NCBI GenBank assembly: GCA_963829055.1
Contig: CAWHHI010000004.1
Coordinates: 1-64,000, forward strand
Direction of reading: 5' to 3'
DNA from: an uncultured Gemmatimonadaceae bacterium
GTDB lineage: Bacteria > Gemmatimonadota > Gemmatimonadetes > Gemmatimonadales > Gemmatimonadaceae
DNA: 64,000 bases
Shown: one piece after another, positions 63,224 to 64,000 of the stretch
How positions within the stretch are numbered: the stretch's first letter is position 1
How the letters are laid out: each line of letters starts with the position of its first letter
Notes under the pieces: generated by a model
Database searches by the model: none
Seen by the model: only the letters and a program-made list of their open reading frames with translations
What the model was told of the DNA's origin: nothing
Made by a program: the position numbers and the translations under genes

Positions 63224-64000
63224 TCAGAGACGCTCGACGAGGCGGTCGATGAGGTAGCTCGACTGCTCCAGCGCTTCGTGCGTGAACGGGCCGAAGAAGT
63301 CGCGCACTTCATCGAACAGATGCCGGAAACGGTCGCGGTCCCCGCTCCCGAGAATCTCGGCGACCTCCGCTGCCGCTTTTTCGAACGCCGACGTGACGTG
63401 CGCCGTCGCCGGGTTCCGCATCTCGATGGGCCCGTAGAGGTCCGGCGACTGCGCGAAATGCCGCGCCGTCACGTACAGCTCCATGAGGTACGCCGGTGAC
63501 GTGAAGCGTAGCGTCTCATCCAGCGGCGTGCCGATGCGCGCCAGCGTGAGGCCCAGCACCTGCGTCTGGAAGTGCGTGAGGACCTGAACGACCGCCATCA
63601 CGCGATCGTGGTGCGACGGTGTCGTCTCCTGCACGCTGAGCCCGCGCGCTTCGAACATCCGCACGACCCAGTCGGCCCACTCGTCACCGCGGGCGCGACA
63701 CACCACGACGCGCTGTCCCTGCAGCGAGTGCACGTTAGGCCCGAACATCGGGTGCGTGCCGACGACGCTCGCGCGCGTGGCCTCGAGCATCGCCGCGACC
63801 GGCGCTTCCTTGATGCTCGTGACATCCAGCAGCACGGCGTCCTCCCGCAATCGCGGGCCAATGGCGCGGATCACCTGCTCGGTCGCGTCGATCGGCACGC
63901 TGACGACCACCGCATCGGCGACAGAGGCGGCGTCGCCCGCGCTGAGCGCGGTATCGATATCGGCGACGATCACCTGATGGCCGAGGTCGCCGAACAGGCG
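63224..64000 (-). CDS. Prephenate/arogenate dehydrogenase (TyrA-like), 5' end outside the window
   Basis: VSVPI, DVTSIKE, GTHPMFGP, HDRVMAVVQVLTHF, AQSPDLY. Confidence 0.9.
   Translation of the reverse strand, partial: RLFGDLGHQVIVADIDTALSAGDAASVADAVVVSVPIDATEQVIRAIGPRLREDAVLLDVTSIKEAPVAAMLEATRASVVGTHPMFGPNVHSLQGQRVVVCRARGDEWADWVVRMFEARGLSVQETTPSHHDRVMAVVQVLTHFQTQVLGLTLARIGTPLDETLRFTSPAYLMELYVTARHFAQSPDLYGPIEMRNPATAHVTSAFEKAAAEVAEILGSGDRDRFRHLFDEVRDFFGPFTHEALEQSSYLIDRLVERL

Noticed and set aside
4408..63740. TTAGG(C) copies as telomeric repeats or adapter contamination
   Set aside because: Copies are isolated, never tandem, and embedded in frame in bacterial genes
1..64000. Many frameshifted genes as programmed frameshifting or mass pseudogenisation
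   Set aside because: Indels are scattered through otherwise intact genes with conserved catalytic motifs and no shared slippery site, typical of long-read error
1..64000. tRNA, rRNA or transposase genes
   Set aside because: None recognised by eye; not excluded without tRNAscan, Infernal or HMM searches

Overview
High-GC bacterial DNA, most consistent with Gemmatimonadota (inferred from the SusC/SusD pair, ADOP permease plus PadR, and many secreted peptidases and glycosidases). Frequent single-base indels split many genes, which looks like long-read assembly error. The first ~2.86 kb is a sugar ABC transporter segment that appears foreign; its ATPase is cut off head-on by the N-terminal third of an integron integrase. 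The rest is housekeeping and accessory sequence: M14/M28/M61 peptidases, LytS/LytTR, GH3, GH29, a two-component system with TolC-MFP-RND, DUF305 plus an LVIVD-type propeller, an Ntn acylase, GHL10, ADOP/PadR, an alkyltransferase-like protein, topoisomerase IB, a stand-alone DNA-ligase DNA-binding domain, csp, rpsU, SusC/D, an APC permease, an amidohydrolase, an arginase and TyrA. The strongest unexplained signal is the non-palindromic motif CGTTAGGY/RCCTAACG. I counted about 55 core copies by eye, on both strands and mostly inside genes, where it forces rare codons and supplies several stop codons. It matches the integron core site GTTRRRY and is absent from the foreign-looking left segment. 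At least three families of long palindromic REP/MITE-like elements are also present, one inserted in frame in the RND transporter.
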